Origin: Mobula hypostoma
Lineage: Eukaryota
Assembly (NCBI RefSeq): GCF_963921235.1
Contig: NC_086097.1
Location: 3,224,001 to 3,288,000, forward strand
Direction: 5' to 3'
DNA length: 64,000 nt
Shown one piece after another: positions 49,949 through 63,272 of the stretch (positions within the stretch are counted from its first letter, which is position 1; each line of letters starts with the position of its first letter). The notes under the pieces are model-generated. The model searched no databases. It was not told where the DNA came from and saw only the letters and a program-made list of their open reading frames with translations. A program made the position numbers and the translations under genes.

Positions 49949-50667
49949 TAAACAACAGGAATTCTGCAGATGCTGGAGATTCAAGCAACATACATCAAAG
50001 TTGCTGGTGAACGCAGCAGGCCAAGCAGCATCTATAGGAAGAGGCGCAGTCGACGTTTCAGGCCAAGACCCTTCGTCAGGACTAACTGAAGGAAGAGTGA
50101 GTAAGGGATTTGAAAGTTGGAGGGGGAAGGGGAGATGCAAAATGATAGGAGAAGACAGGAGAGGGAGGGATAGAGCCGAGAGCTGGACAGGTGATAGGCA
50201 AAAGGGGATACGAGAGGAGCATGGAACAGGAGGTCCGGGAAGAAAGACAAGGGGGGGGGGTGACCCAGAGGATGGGCAAGAGGTATATTCAGAGGGACAG
50301 AGGGAGAAAAAGGAGAGTGAGAGAAAGAATGTGTGCATAAAAATGAGTAACAGATGGGGTACGAGGGGGAGGTGGGGCCTTAGCGGAAGTTAGAGAAGTC
50401 GATGTTCATGCCATCAGGTTGGAGGCTACCCAGACGGAATATAAGGTGTTGTTCCTCCAACCTGAGTGTGGCTTCATCTTTACAGTAGAGGAGGCCGTGG
50501 ATAGACATGTCAGAATGGGAATGGGATGTGGAATTAAAATGTGTGGCCACTGGGAGATCCTGCTTTATCTGGCGGACAGAGCATAGATGTTCAGCAAAGC
50601 GGTCTCCCAGTCTGCATTGGGTCTCACCAATATATAAAAGGCCACATCGGGAGCACCGGACGCAGTA
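49949..50667 (-). mobile_element. Penelope-like element 3' fragment (same subfamily as 21265-22695)
   Basis: Near identical to 21265-21960; GIY-YIG C-terminus plus pLTR. Confidence 0.92.
50047..50084 (-). ncRNA. Minimal type-I hammerhead ribozyme in PLE pLTR
   Basis: Minus strand UAGUC-CUGACGA-AGGGUCUUGGCCU-GAAA-CGUC-GACUG. Confidence 0.83.
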
Positions 50668-51420
50668 TGACTTGGATCACATCTACAGCATTTTGGAGGG
50701 GGAGGGAGAGCAGCCAGATATCTTGCTACATATTGGTATCAATGACATAGGAAGGAAAAGCAATGAGGTCCTGAAGAGAAAATTTAGAGAGCTGAGAAGC
50801 CAGGCCTCCAGGATAGTAATTTCTGGATTGCTACCTGTATCACCTGCCAGTGGGGGTAGAAACAGGATGATTTGACAGATAAATAATCAGGTTCTGGGAT
50901 CACTGGGATCTCTTCTGGGGGTGGGGGGGGGCAGGTATGTCCTGTTCAAAAGTGACAGGTTGCACCTGAACCCGAGGAGAACCAATATTCTGGTGGGCTG
51001 GTTTGTTAGAGCTGTCGGGGAGGGGTTAAAATAATTTGGCAGGAGGATAGGAGCTGGAATGAAGGAACTCCAGATAGGGCAGATGGTAAAAGAGCAAAGA
51101 TAGCGTGCAGTCAGACTGTCAGGAAGGGCAGGCAGATGATAGAACAAAATAGCAGCCAACAGAGTGAGTATCAGTGCAATAAGGATCCAAAATCAAGAAG
51201 GCCAGCAAATACAGCACTCAGTGTCATATGGAGTGTAAGAAATAAGGTGCATGATCTTGTTTGCACGATTACAGATTGTCAGGTATGATGTTGTGGCAAG
51301 CACTGAACCATGATTGTAGCTGGGAGCTGAATGTCCAAGGTTACACGTTGTGTCAGAGGGATAGGAAGGCAGGTGGGGAGCGGGGTGTGGTTCTGCTGGT
51401 AAAGAATGGCATCAAATCAC

Positions 51421-54312
51421 CCATTGTACTTGGCCTATCAGTGGTGTCAACAGAGCTTTACCAAGAGGGATTTCTCACAGGTCGGCGGCAGTTATTTGAA
51501 AAGGAAAGTTCGAGAGCGTCTGTCCATTGTACGTGGCCTATCAGCAGCGTCCACAGAGATCTATGAACTAAATAAAAATACAGAAGGGATAAGTGGAGCA
51601 GCCATTGTTGGGAGAGGCCAGTGGCAAGAGTAGAAGTGACAGGCTTTAGCTCAGAGGAGACATTGGCTCTGTGTAAAGCATCTGTTAAGGTTTCCTTTTT
51701 GTTTTTTTTTTACCTCTCTTTCTGTACCATTTAAATGGCTGTGGAGTGTTCTTCATGCCGGATGCTGGAGAACTGGGAGACCCAGAGTCTCCCGGGGAAC
51801 TACATCTGCGTGAAATGCATCCAGTTGCAGCTCCTTGAAGACCGTGTCAGAGATCTGGAGCAGCAGCTGGATGATCTTCGGCTTGTACGGGAGAGTGAGG
51901 ACATAATTGATCAGAGTTACAGGAAAGTAGTCACCCCGAAGTTACAGGAGGCGAGTAGCTGGGTGACCGTCGGAGGAATGCAAATAGGCAGAGCAGAGCA
52001 CCCCTCTGGCCATTCCCCTCAAAAACAAGTATACCGCTTTGGATACTTTTGTGGGGGATGACCTCCCGGGAGAATGCCACAGCGACTGGCTTACAGGCAC
52101 TAAGCATGGGTCCATGGTGCAGAAGGGAAAGGGAGAAGAAGGGAGTGGTGGTGATAGGGAGGGGGAGCAGCTAGATGTCTTGCTACATAAAATACTCAAG
52201 ATGGCGCCGGTAACTGGCGACTCTGCGTGTGCTCTCCCGAGCAAACTGCCCCCTACACTATCCTATATTAGTATCAGTGACATAGGAAGGAAAAGCAATG
52301 AGGTCCTGAAAAGAGAATTTAGAAAGCTAGGTAGAAAGCTGAGAAGCAGGACCTCCTGGGTAGTAATCTCTGGATTGCTGCCTGTGCTACGTGGCAGTGA
52401 GGGTAGAAACAGGGTGATTTGGCAGATAAATGTGTGGCTGAGAAGCTGGTGCAGTGGGCAGGGCTTCAGGTTCTTGGATCATTGGGATCTCTTCTGGGGG
52501 TATGACCTGGTGAAAAGTGACGGGTTGCACCTGAATCTGAGGGGACCAATATTCTCATGGGGATGTTTGTTAGAGCTGTTGGGGAGCGTTTCAACTAACT
52601 TGGTGGGGGGGGGGAAGGAACTGGAGTGAAGGAACTCAGGAAAGGACAGATGGTAAAAAAGTGAAGATAGCGTGCAGTCAAATTGTCAGGAAGGGCAGGC
52701 AGGTGATGGGACTCAATTGCAGCCAACAGGCTGAGTATCAAATCATTAGAGTTGCAGAGTCAGAAAGGATAGCAAATATGGTACTCACAGTGTTGTATCT
52801 AAATTCATGTAGTGTAAGAAATAAGGTGGATGATGTTGCAATATTACAGATTGCCAGGTATGATGTTGTGGCCATTACTGAATCCTGGCTGAAGGATGGT
52901 TGTAGTTGGGAGCTGAATGTCCAAGGTTACATGTTGTATCAGAGGGACAGGAAGGTAGGCAGAGAGGTTGGTGTGGCTCTGCTGGTAAAGAATGGCATCA
53001 AATCAGTAGAAAGATGTAATATAAGATCGGAAGATGTTGAATCCTTGTGGGTTGAGTTAAGAAACTGCAAGGGTAATAGGACATTGATTGCAGTTAGTGT
53101 ACATATGGGCCTCCCAACAGTGGCTGGGAGGTGGACCACAGGTTACAACAGGAAATAGAAAAGGCAAGTCAAAAGGGCAATGTTATGGTTGTCATGGGAG
53201 ATTTTAACATGCAGGTCGCTCAAGAAATCAGGTTGGTAATGGATCTCAAGAGAGTGAGTTTGTTGACTGCCCAAGAGATAACTTTTTAGGGCAGTTTGTC
53301 ATTGAACCTACTAGGGGATCAGCTATACTGGATTGAGTGCTATGTAATGAACCGGAGGCAGTTAGGGAGCTTAAGATAAAAGAACCCTTAGGAACCAGTG
53401 ATCACAATATGATTCTGTTCAACTTGAAATTTGATAGGGAGAAAGTAAAGTCTGATGTAGCAGTATTTCAGTGGAGTAAGGGCAATTACGGTGGTATGAG
53501 AGAGGAGTTGGCCAAAGTAAATTGGAAGAAGCTCCAGCAGAGATGACAGCAGAGCAGCAATGATGGGTGTTTCTGGGAAAAATGAGGAAGATACAGGGCA
53601 TGCGTATTCCAAAAATGAAGAAATACTCAAATGGTAAGATAGTACAACCATGGCTGACAAGAGAAGTCAAATCTAATGGAAAAATGATAGAGATGGCATA
53701 CAACAAAGCAAAATTTAGCAGGAAGATAGAGGATTGGGTAGTTTTTGAAAACTACAAGGAGCAACTAAATAAGGCATTAGGAGGGAAAAGATGAAATATG
53801 AAAGCAAGCTAGCAAACAATATCAAAGTGGACAGTAAAAGCTGTTTCAAATATGTAAAAAATAAAAGAGAGATGAGAGTGGATATAGGACCGCTAGAAAA
53901 TGAGGCTGGAGAAATAGTAACAGGGGACAAGGAGATGGCAGATGAAATAAATGAGTTTTTTGCATCAGTCTTCACTGTGGAAGACATAAGCAGTGTGCCA
54001 GATGTGTGTGAGGGAAGAGAAGTGGGTGAAGTTTCTATCACAAGGGAGAAGGTGCTCAAAAAGCTGAAATATCTAAGGGTACATGAGCCATCCGGACCAG
54101 ATGAACTGCACCCTAGGGTTCTGAAACTGTTAGCTGTAGATATTATGGAGGCATTAATAATGATTTTTCAAAAGTCATTGGATTCTGGCATGGTGCCAGA
54201 CTAGTGGAAAATTGCAAATGTCACTCCACTATTCAAGAAAGGAGGAAGAGAGCAGAAAGGAATTTATAGACCAGTTAGCCTGACCTCAGTGGTTGGGAAG
54301 ATGTTGGAGTCA
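51421..54312 (+). mobile_element. CR1 5' portion: 5' UTR, ORF1, ORF2 EN and linker, truncated at the RT start
   Basis: MAVECSSCRM...YICVKC, ISGLLPV, DGLHLN, VAITESWL, LGTSDHN, FASVFTVED, SGPDELHPRVLK. Confidence 0.9.
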
Positions 54313-54314
54313 AG

Positions 54315-55050
54315 AGAAGGGGAAAGAGCACAAGGTGGAGAGCGTTACGTGAATCCAAATGAAGGGTGAAGGTAGCAAAGTGGGAGAAGGGGGAAGATGG
54401 AATAATGTGTGAAGTTGAGATGTTGATAGGTGGAACAAACAAAGTGCTTAAAAAGAATATATTATTTGTTAACTTATTTGTGGTAATATTACTTTGTGTT
54501 GTGTGTGAGAGTTATATGTACTGTGTTGTGTGCCTTGGCTGTTTCATTTGGTAGTATACATGTGTATGATTGAATGACGATAAACCTGAAGAAGAATCTG
54601 ATAGGAGAGAACAGTACACCATGAATAAAGGGAAGGTGTAGGTGATGGGCAGGTCTGGTGAGGGTAGGGGAAGGGAATGGGGCCAGAAAGAAGGCGAAGG
54701 AGGGGGGGAGACAGAGGAAAGTGGTTACAATAATTGATACCACCATCAAATTTGATACTACCAAGAAGGAATCTGAGACGTGGCTCCTCTGATGTGCCTT
54801 AATATAAAACCATAAGTCATAGGAGCCAAATTAAGCCATTCAGCTATTGAGTCCTCTCCCCTATTCCATCATGGCTGATTCGAGATCCCACTCAAACCCA
54901 TATCCTTTGATGTCCCGACAGAAGAAGAGGTCATGGACAGACATGTCAGGGTGGGACTAGGATGTGGACTTAAAATGGCTGGCCACCAGGAGATCCTGGT
55001 TGTTATAGCGAATGGAGTAAAGGTGCTCGATGAAGTGATCTCTAATCTGC
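54315..55050 (-). mobile_element. Old, decayed PLE fragment with nested LINE tails
   Basis: atggacagacatgtcagggtgggactaggatgtggacttaaaatggctggccac resembles the PLE GIY-YIG C-terminus. Confidence 0.6.
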
Positions 55051-57029
55051 TATCCAGTGGCTAGATTGCAAATCCTAATGCTAAGGCTCTCAATAGCAAT
55101 AAAGTACATTTAACACTAAAAATAATTATTAGCTCTGGGTAATGAGATTTCAGTGAAGCACCCACCAAATTTAATAATGCAATGATACGGTGTAAAATAG
55201 TGTTGTCATCTACAGTTACTTGTTACGTTTGTTACTACTCCTCAACCATCAGGCTCTTGAACCAAAGGGGGTAACTTCAACCAACTTCACTTTCCCCATC
55301 ATTGAAATGTTCCCACAAACTATGGACTCACTTTCAAGGACTATTTATCTATTATTATTTCTTTAATTTTGTATTTGAACAGTTTGGTGTCTTCTACATT
55401 CCAGTTGAATGCCCAAGTTGGGTTGTCTTTCATTGATTTTGTTATGGTTATTATTCTATAGATTTAATGAGTATGCCCAAAAGAAAATGAATCTCAGGTT
55501 TGTATATGACAACATATATATACTTTGATAATAAATTTCCTTTGAATTACAATATGGAAAGAGATGTTTTCACTTAACAGCATAATGGAGAGCCATGGCT
55601 CTGTTTAAGAAAATTATGTAAATGTGAAATTGTGTGTACAGGAGTTACTTCTGTCCTGTACTAGCTCTGTTCCTTCTAAGCTGTGTGTGTGTGTGTGCAG
55701 CCACAGTCACTGAAATACTCCCGTGCACATAGTACTTGTTACCACGCAGCTGGAATTTCCTTTATATAATGCTTTATTAAAGTGTCACACAGCTTTCAGA
55801 CTGGAAAAGATGTTCTGCTCAGAAACAATGGTTGGTCCACACAACTTAGAGGGAATGGTGCAGTAGAAGATACAGTCTGGATGTGTAACTAAAATGAGGG
55901 GTAGGAAACTGCAATGGGGAAATTTAGGGTGTTCAGGTGACTTTTGTTTTCCCTCCAGAATGCAAACAAAGTACTGGATCTTTCTGCCCATTTCTAAATT
56001 TATTTACTTAAAGCACAGAGCAGGCACGTCTGGCCCACCAAGCTGCATATCCAGCAACCCACCAATTTAACCCTAGTCTAATCAAGCAACAATTTACAAT
56101 GACCAATTTGCCTATGAACCCGTACGTCTTTCGACTGTGGATGGAAACCAGGACATCCAGAGGAATCCCATAGGCACACGGGAGAATGTACGCTTCTTAT
56201 AGACAGCGCCAGAATTGAACTCTGAACTCTGACGCCCTGAGCTGTGATGGTGTTGCATTAACTGTTACGATGTTGTGGCACCTCTGATCTAAACGAGTGA
56301 AAGATAAGGTCAATTTTTTTTAAGCAACACAAGTCAATCTTTATTGAAAACTTAAGTATTAATACATAACAATTTTTGTTACAATAAACATGGCTTGAAG
56401 TTTCTTTTTTTTAAATCTGAGCTTACGTACTTGTCAGATTGCTTTTAAAAAAATAACGATGTATGAATTTACACATAATTGAATTGGCTCAGAAAGGAAA
56501 TGTCAAAATTTGTTTATGTTATCCAATGTAAAACGGTGCTTTGCTTTAAAATTGCTTTTTGGAAGACAACACTAACCTAGACTAAGTAAGTACCAAAATA
56601 GTATGTTTATATTTATTAAGCATAGTGTTCAATAGTCAATTTCTTTTTAAAAGTGTGCCCTTTTCCACTATTCTTTGCATTTCTGGTCAGATGCTAAATG
56701 CATTTCATTGGCTTTGTATCTGTACTCGGCACAGTGACAATAAAGTTGAATCTAATCTAATCTAATCTTAACAAAAACATACATAAACTCCCTACGGTGA
56801 TTCTGTTGTGCCTGTGTTGAATATGGTGGTTTACTTTTTTTTATTTTGCTCGTAATAAGAGATTTCAATTTTGAGTTGCAGAATTTTACCGAATGAGGAG
56901 ATTTGTGTATGGTGGTGTGCAGTATAGTGCTGTATGACAGCCTTTCTCTTCAAAGATAAAGTCAATTTAAGCCCCTTTTCCATTAGTCAACTGCTCTAAT
57001 CAAACATTTATGTATTCTGACTTAAATCA

Positions 57030-57845
57030 GGCTGCAGTTTATTGACTACAGCTCAGCATTTAACACAATCATTCCTACAGTTCTGATGACACTGGCGCAC
57101 CTCAGGGATGTGTGCTTTGCCCACTGCTCTACTCTCTCTACAACCATTACTGTGTGGTTAGGGACAGCTCCAGTGTCATCTATAAAGTTATTGGTGACAC
57201 AACCATTGTTGACAGAATTTCAACAGGTGACCAGATATATCAGCTGGTTGAGTGGTGTCACATCAACAACCTTTCACCCAACGTCAGTAAGACCAATGAA
57301 CTGATTGAGGACTTCAGAAAGGGTAGGGCGAGGGAACTCACACCAGTCCTTATCTTAACTATCCTGGGCCCAACAAGTCAATGCAGTTACAAAGATGGCA
57401 TGGCCGTGGCTATATCTCATTAGGAATTTGAGGAGATTAGGTATGTCACCAAAGACACTCGCAAATTTCTATGGATGTATTGTGGAGAGCATTCTGACTG
57501 GCTGCATCACCGCCTGGTGTGAGAGGGCTGCTGTAAAGGATCAAAACAAGCTGTAGAACATTGTGAAATCAGGCAGCTTCATCAAGGGCATTCTCCTCCC
57601 CAGAATCCAGGATATCTTCGAGGAGCGATGCCTGGAAAGGGCAGCATCCATCATTAAGGACGACCATCATCTACGTCATGCTTTGTCTCATTGCTACCTT
57701 CAGGAACAGTGATTCAGGAACAGCTTCTTCCCCTCTGAAATTTGATTTCTGAATAAATATTGACGCCACGAACACTTCCTCACTACTTTTTATGTTTTAT
57801 TTTTGCACTACTTATTTAACTAATATATATATATCTATTGTAATT
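57030..57845 (+). mobile_element. Rex1/Babar fragment
   Basis: FIDYSSAFNTI, GAPQGCVLCPLLYSLY, ESILTGCITAW. Confidence 0.85.
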
Positions 57846-57847
57846 AC

Positions 57848-59330
57848 ATAGAACAGAGAATAGTACAGCACAGTACAGGCCCTTCGGCCCACAATGTTGT
57901 GCCGACCCTCAAACCCTGCCTCCCATATAAGCTCCCACCTTAAATTCCTCCATATACCTGTCTAGTAGTCTCTCAAACTTCACTAGTGTATTTGCCTCCA
58001 CCACTGACTCAGGCAGTGCATTCCACGCACCAACCACTCTCTGAGTAAAAAACCTTCCTTTAATATCCCCCTTGAACTTCCCACCCCTTACCTTAAAGCC
58101 ATGTCCTCTTGTATTGAGCAGTGGTGCCCTGGGGGAGAGGCACTGGCTATCCACTCTATCTATTCCTCTTATTATCTTGTACACCTCTATCATGTCTCCT
58201 CTCATCCTCCTTCTCTCCAAAGAGTAAAGCCCTAGCTCCCTTAATCTCTGATCATAATGCATACTCTCTAAACCAGGCAGCATCCTGGTAAATCTCCTCT
58301 GTACCCTTTCCAATGCATCCACATCCTTCCTCTAGTGAGGTGACCAGAAATGGACACAGTACTCCAAGTGTGGCCTAACCAGAGTTTTATAGAGCTGCAT
58401 CATTACCTCGCGACTCTTAAACTCTATCCCTCGACTTATGAAAACTAACACCCCATAAGCTTTCTTAACTACCCTATCCACCTGTGAGGCAACTTTCAGG
58501 GATCTGTGGACACGTACCCCGAGATCCCTCTGCTCCTCCACACTACCAAGTATCCTGCATTCACAGTTTTTATTATATACTGCAGTGTCCTGCTGCCACA
58601 AAACAACAAATTTCATGACCTCTGCCGGTGCTATTAAACCTGATTCTAATTCTGATAATTCAGTTTGGAAATTGGGTTCCATTAAATTCCAGAGAACTGA
58701 ATTTCAGATGCGAAATACAAAATGCAAAGAACTGAGGCTGCACATTTTGTCTTCTGCATTTTATGACAATCTGCACTGCAGTTGCTCGGAATTACAATTT
58801 TAATAATATTGACATAAATGAATTTTCTCATATACTAATGTGGGAAACAGAGCATTAAATTAGACCATACAACCTAAGATATAGGAGCAGAAGTAGGCCA
58901 TTTGGCCCATCGAGTCTGCTGTGCCATTCAATCATGGGCTGATCCAATTCTTCCAGTCATCCCCACTCCCCTGCCTTCTCCCCATAGCCTTTGATGCCCT
59001 GGCTAATCAAGAACCTATCTATCTCTGGCTTAAAAACACCCAATGACTTGGCCTCCAAAGCTGCTCATGGCAACAAATTCCACAGATTTACCACCCTCTG
59101 ATTAAAGTAATTTCTCTGCATCTCTGTTCTAAATGGACGTCCTTCAATCCTGACGGCGTGCCCTCTTGTCCTAGCCTCCCCTACCATGGGAAATAACTTT
59201 ACCATATCTAATCTCTTCAGGCCTTTTAACATTTGGAATGTTTCTATGAGATCCCCCCATATTCTCCTGAACTCCAGGGAATACAGCCCAAGAGCTGCCA
59301 GACATTCCTCATACATTAACCCTTTCATTC
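57848..59330 (-). mobile_element. Two CR1 3' fragments (57848-58560 and 58862-59330)
   Basis: LERVQRRFTRMLPGL...[29 protein letters not shown]. Confidence 0.88.
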
Positions 59331-59469
59331 ATCTCCCTGCTGAACACAGCCTACTGCCATTTGGACAAGCAGAGCAGCACTGTGAGGATCATGTTTTCTG
59401 ATTTCTCAAGTATCTTCAATACCACACAGCCCTCATTGCTGGAGAAAAGCATTCAATGCAGGTTGGCAC

Positions 59470-60770
59470 TTCAAGCAACACACATCAAAGTTGCTGGTGA
59501 ACGCAGCAGGCCAGGCAGCATCTCTAGGAAGAGGTACAATCGATGTTTCGGGCTGAGACCCTTCGTCAGGACTAACTGAAGGAAGAGTTAGTAAGAGATT
59601 TGAAAGTGGGAGGGGGAGATCCAACATGATAGGAGAAGACAGGAGGGGGAGGGATGGAGCCAAGAGCTGGACAGTTGATTGGCAAAAGGGATATGAGAGG
59701 ATCATGGGACAGGAGGCCGAGGGAGAAAGAAAGTGGGAGGGGGAAGCCCAGAGGATGGGCAACAACGGATGGGGTACGAGGGAGAGGTGGGGCATTAGCG
59801 GAAGTTAGAGAAGTCAATGTTCATACCATCAGGTTGGAGGCTACCCAGACAGAATATAAGGTGTTGTTCCTCCAACCTGAGTGTGGCTTCATCTTTACAG
59901 TAGAGGAGGCCATGGATAGACATATCAGAATGGGAATGGGACGTGGAATTAAAATGTATGGCCACTGGGAGATCCTGCTTTCTCTGGTGGACAGAGCGTA
60001 GGTGTTCAGCGAAACGGTCTCCCAGTCTGCGTCAGGTCTCGCCAATATATAGAAGGCCGCATTGGGAGCACCAGACGCAGTATATCACCCCAGCCGACTC
60101 AGAGGTGAAGTTTCGCCTCATCTGGAAGGACTGTTTAGGGCCCTGAATGGTAGTGAGGGAGGAAGTGTAAGGGCATGTGTAGCACTTGTTCCGCTTACAA
60201 GGATAAGTGCCAGGAGGGAGATCAGTGGGGAGGGATGGGGGGGACGAATGGACAAGGGAGTTGTGTAGGGAGCGATCCCTGCGGAAGGCGGGGGGGAGGG
60301 AAAGATGTGCTTAGTGGTGGGATCCCGTTGGAGGTGGCGGAAGTTACGGAGAATTATATGTTGGACCCGGAGGCTGGTGGGGTGGTAGGTGAGGACAAGG
60401 GGAACCCTATTCCTAGTGGGGTGGCGGGAGGATGGGGTGAGAGCAGATATGCGTGAAATGGGAGAGGTGCGTTTGAGAGCAGAGTTGATGGTGGAGGAAG
60501 GGAAGCCCCTTTCTTTAAAAAAGAAGGTCATCTCCCTCGTCCTGGAGTGAAAAGCTTCATCCTGAGAGCAGATGTGATGGAGACGGAGGAATTGCGAGAA
60601 GGGGATGGCATTTTTGCAAGAGACAGGGTGAGAAGAGGAATAGTCCAGATAGCTGTGAGAGTCAGTAAGCTTATAGTAGACATCAGTAGATAAGCTGTCT
60701 CCAGAGATAGAGACAAAAAGACAGAGGGAGGTGTCGGAAATGGCCAGAAAGGGGAGGGAGGTGTCAGAAA
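59470..60770 (-). mobile_element. Penelope-like element, 5'-truncated
   Basis: Same subfamily as 21265-22695; SHSYLDYSSSHP, IPFSQFLRL, RVPLVLTYHP; short duplication at the 5' junction. Confidence 0.92.
59537..59574 (-). ncRNA. Hammerhead ribozyme variant (helix III palindrome mutated to ACAU)
   Basis: Minus strand UAGUC-CUGACGA-AGGGUCUCAGCCC-GAAA-CAUC-GAUUG. Confidence 0.65.
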
Positions 60771-61834
60771 CCATTGTATCGTGGATAATGGACTGCCTGA
60801 CTGGCAGACCACAGTTTGTGCAGCTTCAGAGCTGTGTGTCAGACATGGCTATAAGCAGCACTGGGGCCCCACAGCCGACTATATTGGCTCCCTTCCTGTT
60901 TACCCTGTATACCTCAGACTTTCGATACAACATTGGGTCATGTCATCTGCAGAAATTCTCTGACGACTCAGCAATAGTTGGGTGTATAGAGGGAGGATGG
61001 GAGGATGAATACTGGGCCCTGGTGGAGGACTTTGTCAAATGGTGCAAGCTGAATCATCTGCAGCTCAACATCAGTACGACAAAGGAAATGGTGATGGACT
61101 TTAGGAAGACTAAGCCTGCGCTACTCCCTGTTACTACTGATGGAGAGGATATTGAGGTGGTGAGGACCTACAAGTACCGGGGGGTGCACCTGGATTACAG
61201 ACTTGAGTGGAGCACCAACACAGAGGCTGTGTACAAGAAGGGTCAGAGTTGCCCCTACTTCCTGAGGAGACTGAGGTCCTTTGGAGTATGCGGGCCTCTC
61301 CTTCACGTTCTCCCAGTCTGTTGTCATCAGTACAATCTTCTATGCGGTGGTATGCTGGGGCAATGGCATCAACATGGGTGATGCCAACAGACTTGATAAA
61401 CTGATTAGAAAGGCTGGCTCTGTTATAGTAGTCAAACTGGACAGACTAGAGGCTGTGGTAGAACAAAGGACCCTACGGAAAGTCCAGGCAATTCTGGAAA
61501 ATGTTTCTCACCCTCTGCAGGTCACCCTGTCTGACAGAGGTGCACGTTTAGTAATAGACTAAGACAACTGTGCTGCTCCAAAGAGCGATATATGAGGTCA
61601 TTCTTACCCTCAGTCATTAGGCTCTATAATGAGTCAACCTATAGCCGGGGAAGGGATGAGCCCCTCCTGTTAGACTATTTGAGGTAATTTATTTTCTATT
61701 CTTTCTACTTCTCTTCTAATATTTGTGTATCTGTGGACTTTAAATGCTACTGTGACACTGTAATTTCCTTTCGGATCAATGAAGTATCTATCTATCTGTC
61801 TATTACACTTGGCAGCATTGGGGTTCAGAGTTGA

Positions 61835-63272
61835 ATCCCACAATCCTGATTGAGAAGTTGCAGAACCTGGGCCTCTGTAGCTTCCTCTGCAATTGGATCC
61901 TTGAGTTCCTACCCGGAACATCACAATCTGTGTGGATTGGTGATAGGTCAAGAGGGCACGGCTTCAGGATTGAAGGACATCCTTTTGGAACTGAGATGCA
62001 GAGAAATTACTTTAGTCAGAAGGTGGTAAATCTGTGGAATTTGTTGCCACGAGCAGCTGTGGAGGCCAAGTCATTGGGTGCATTTAATGTAGAGATAGAT
62101 AGGTTCTTGATTAGCCAGGGCATCAAAGGGTATGGGGAGAAGGCAGGGGATTGGGGATGACTGGAAGGATTGGATCAGCCCATGATTGAATGGCGGAGCA
62201 GACTTGATGGGCTGAATGGCCTACTTCTGCTCTTGTATCTTATGGTCCTATGGTCTAACATCTCCTCTTTGCTGATGATCAACACTGGTGCACCTCAGGG
62301 GGGTGTGCTTAGCCCACTGCTCTACTCTCTATATACCCATGACTGTGTGGCTAGGCATAACTCAAATACCATCTATAAATTTGCTGATGATACAACCATT
62401 GTTGATAGAATCTCAGGTGGTGATGAGAGGGCGTACAGGAGTGAGATATGCCAACTAGTGGACGGTACCACAGCAACAACCTGGCACTCAACGTCAATAA
62501 GACAAAAGAGCTGATTGTGGACTTCAGGAAGGGTAAGATGAAGGAACACATACCAATCCACATAGAGGGATCAGAAGTGGAGAGAGTGAGCAGTTTCAAG
62601 TTCCTGGGTGTCAAGATCTCTGAGGATCTAACCTGGTCCCAACATACTGATGTGGTTATAAAGAAAGCAAGACAGTGACTATTATTTCATTAGGAGTTTG
62701 AAGAGATTTGGCATGTCAACAAATACACTCAAAAACTTGTACAGATGTACTGTGGAGAGCATTCTGACAGGCTGCATCACTGTCTGGTATGGAGGGGCTA
62801 CTGCACAGGACTGAAAGAAGCTGCAGAGAGTTGCAAATCTAGTCAGCTCCATCTTGGGTACTAGCCTACATCTTCAGGGAGTGGTATCTCAGAAAGGCAG
62901 TGTCCATTATTAAGGACCTCCAGCACCCAGGGCATGCCCTTTTCTCACTGTTACCATCAGGCAGGAGGTACAGAAGCCTGAAGACACATACTCAGTGATT
63001 CAGGAACAGCTTCTTCCCCTCTGCCATCCGATTCCTAAATGGACATTGAACTCTTGGACACTACCTCACTTTTTAAATATTATTTCTGTTTTTTTGCGTG
63101 ATTTTTAAATCTATTCAATATACATACACTGTAATTTATTTATTTATTTATTATTATTTTTATTTTATTTATTACTATTATTTTGTCTCTTCTATATTAT
63201 GTATGCCACACATTGAACTTAACAAATTTCACATCACATGCCGGTGATAATAAACCTAATTCTGATTCTGAT
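61835..63272 (+). mobile_element. Rex1/Babar fragment with a nested CR1 3' end (~61945-62255)
   Basis: [40 protein letters not shown]; the CR1 tail interrupts it after VWIGD. Confidence 0.85.

Larger units (their letters stand above)
47170..51420 (+). mobile_element. CR1 5' portion (ORF1 to EN start) split by two PLE insertions
   Basis: SCRMLESWETQSLPVNYVCMKCIRLQLLEDRV; resumes at ~49912-49948 and at ~50668 (LHIGINDIG). Confidence 0.85.
59335..61803 (+). mobile_element. Rex1/Babar LINE split by a PLE
   Basis: VRIMFSDFSSIFNT before the PLE; STGAPQPTILAPFLFTLYT, QKFSDD, YFLRRLRSF after it; (ATCT)n tail. Confidence 0.88.
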
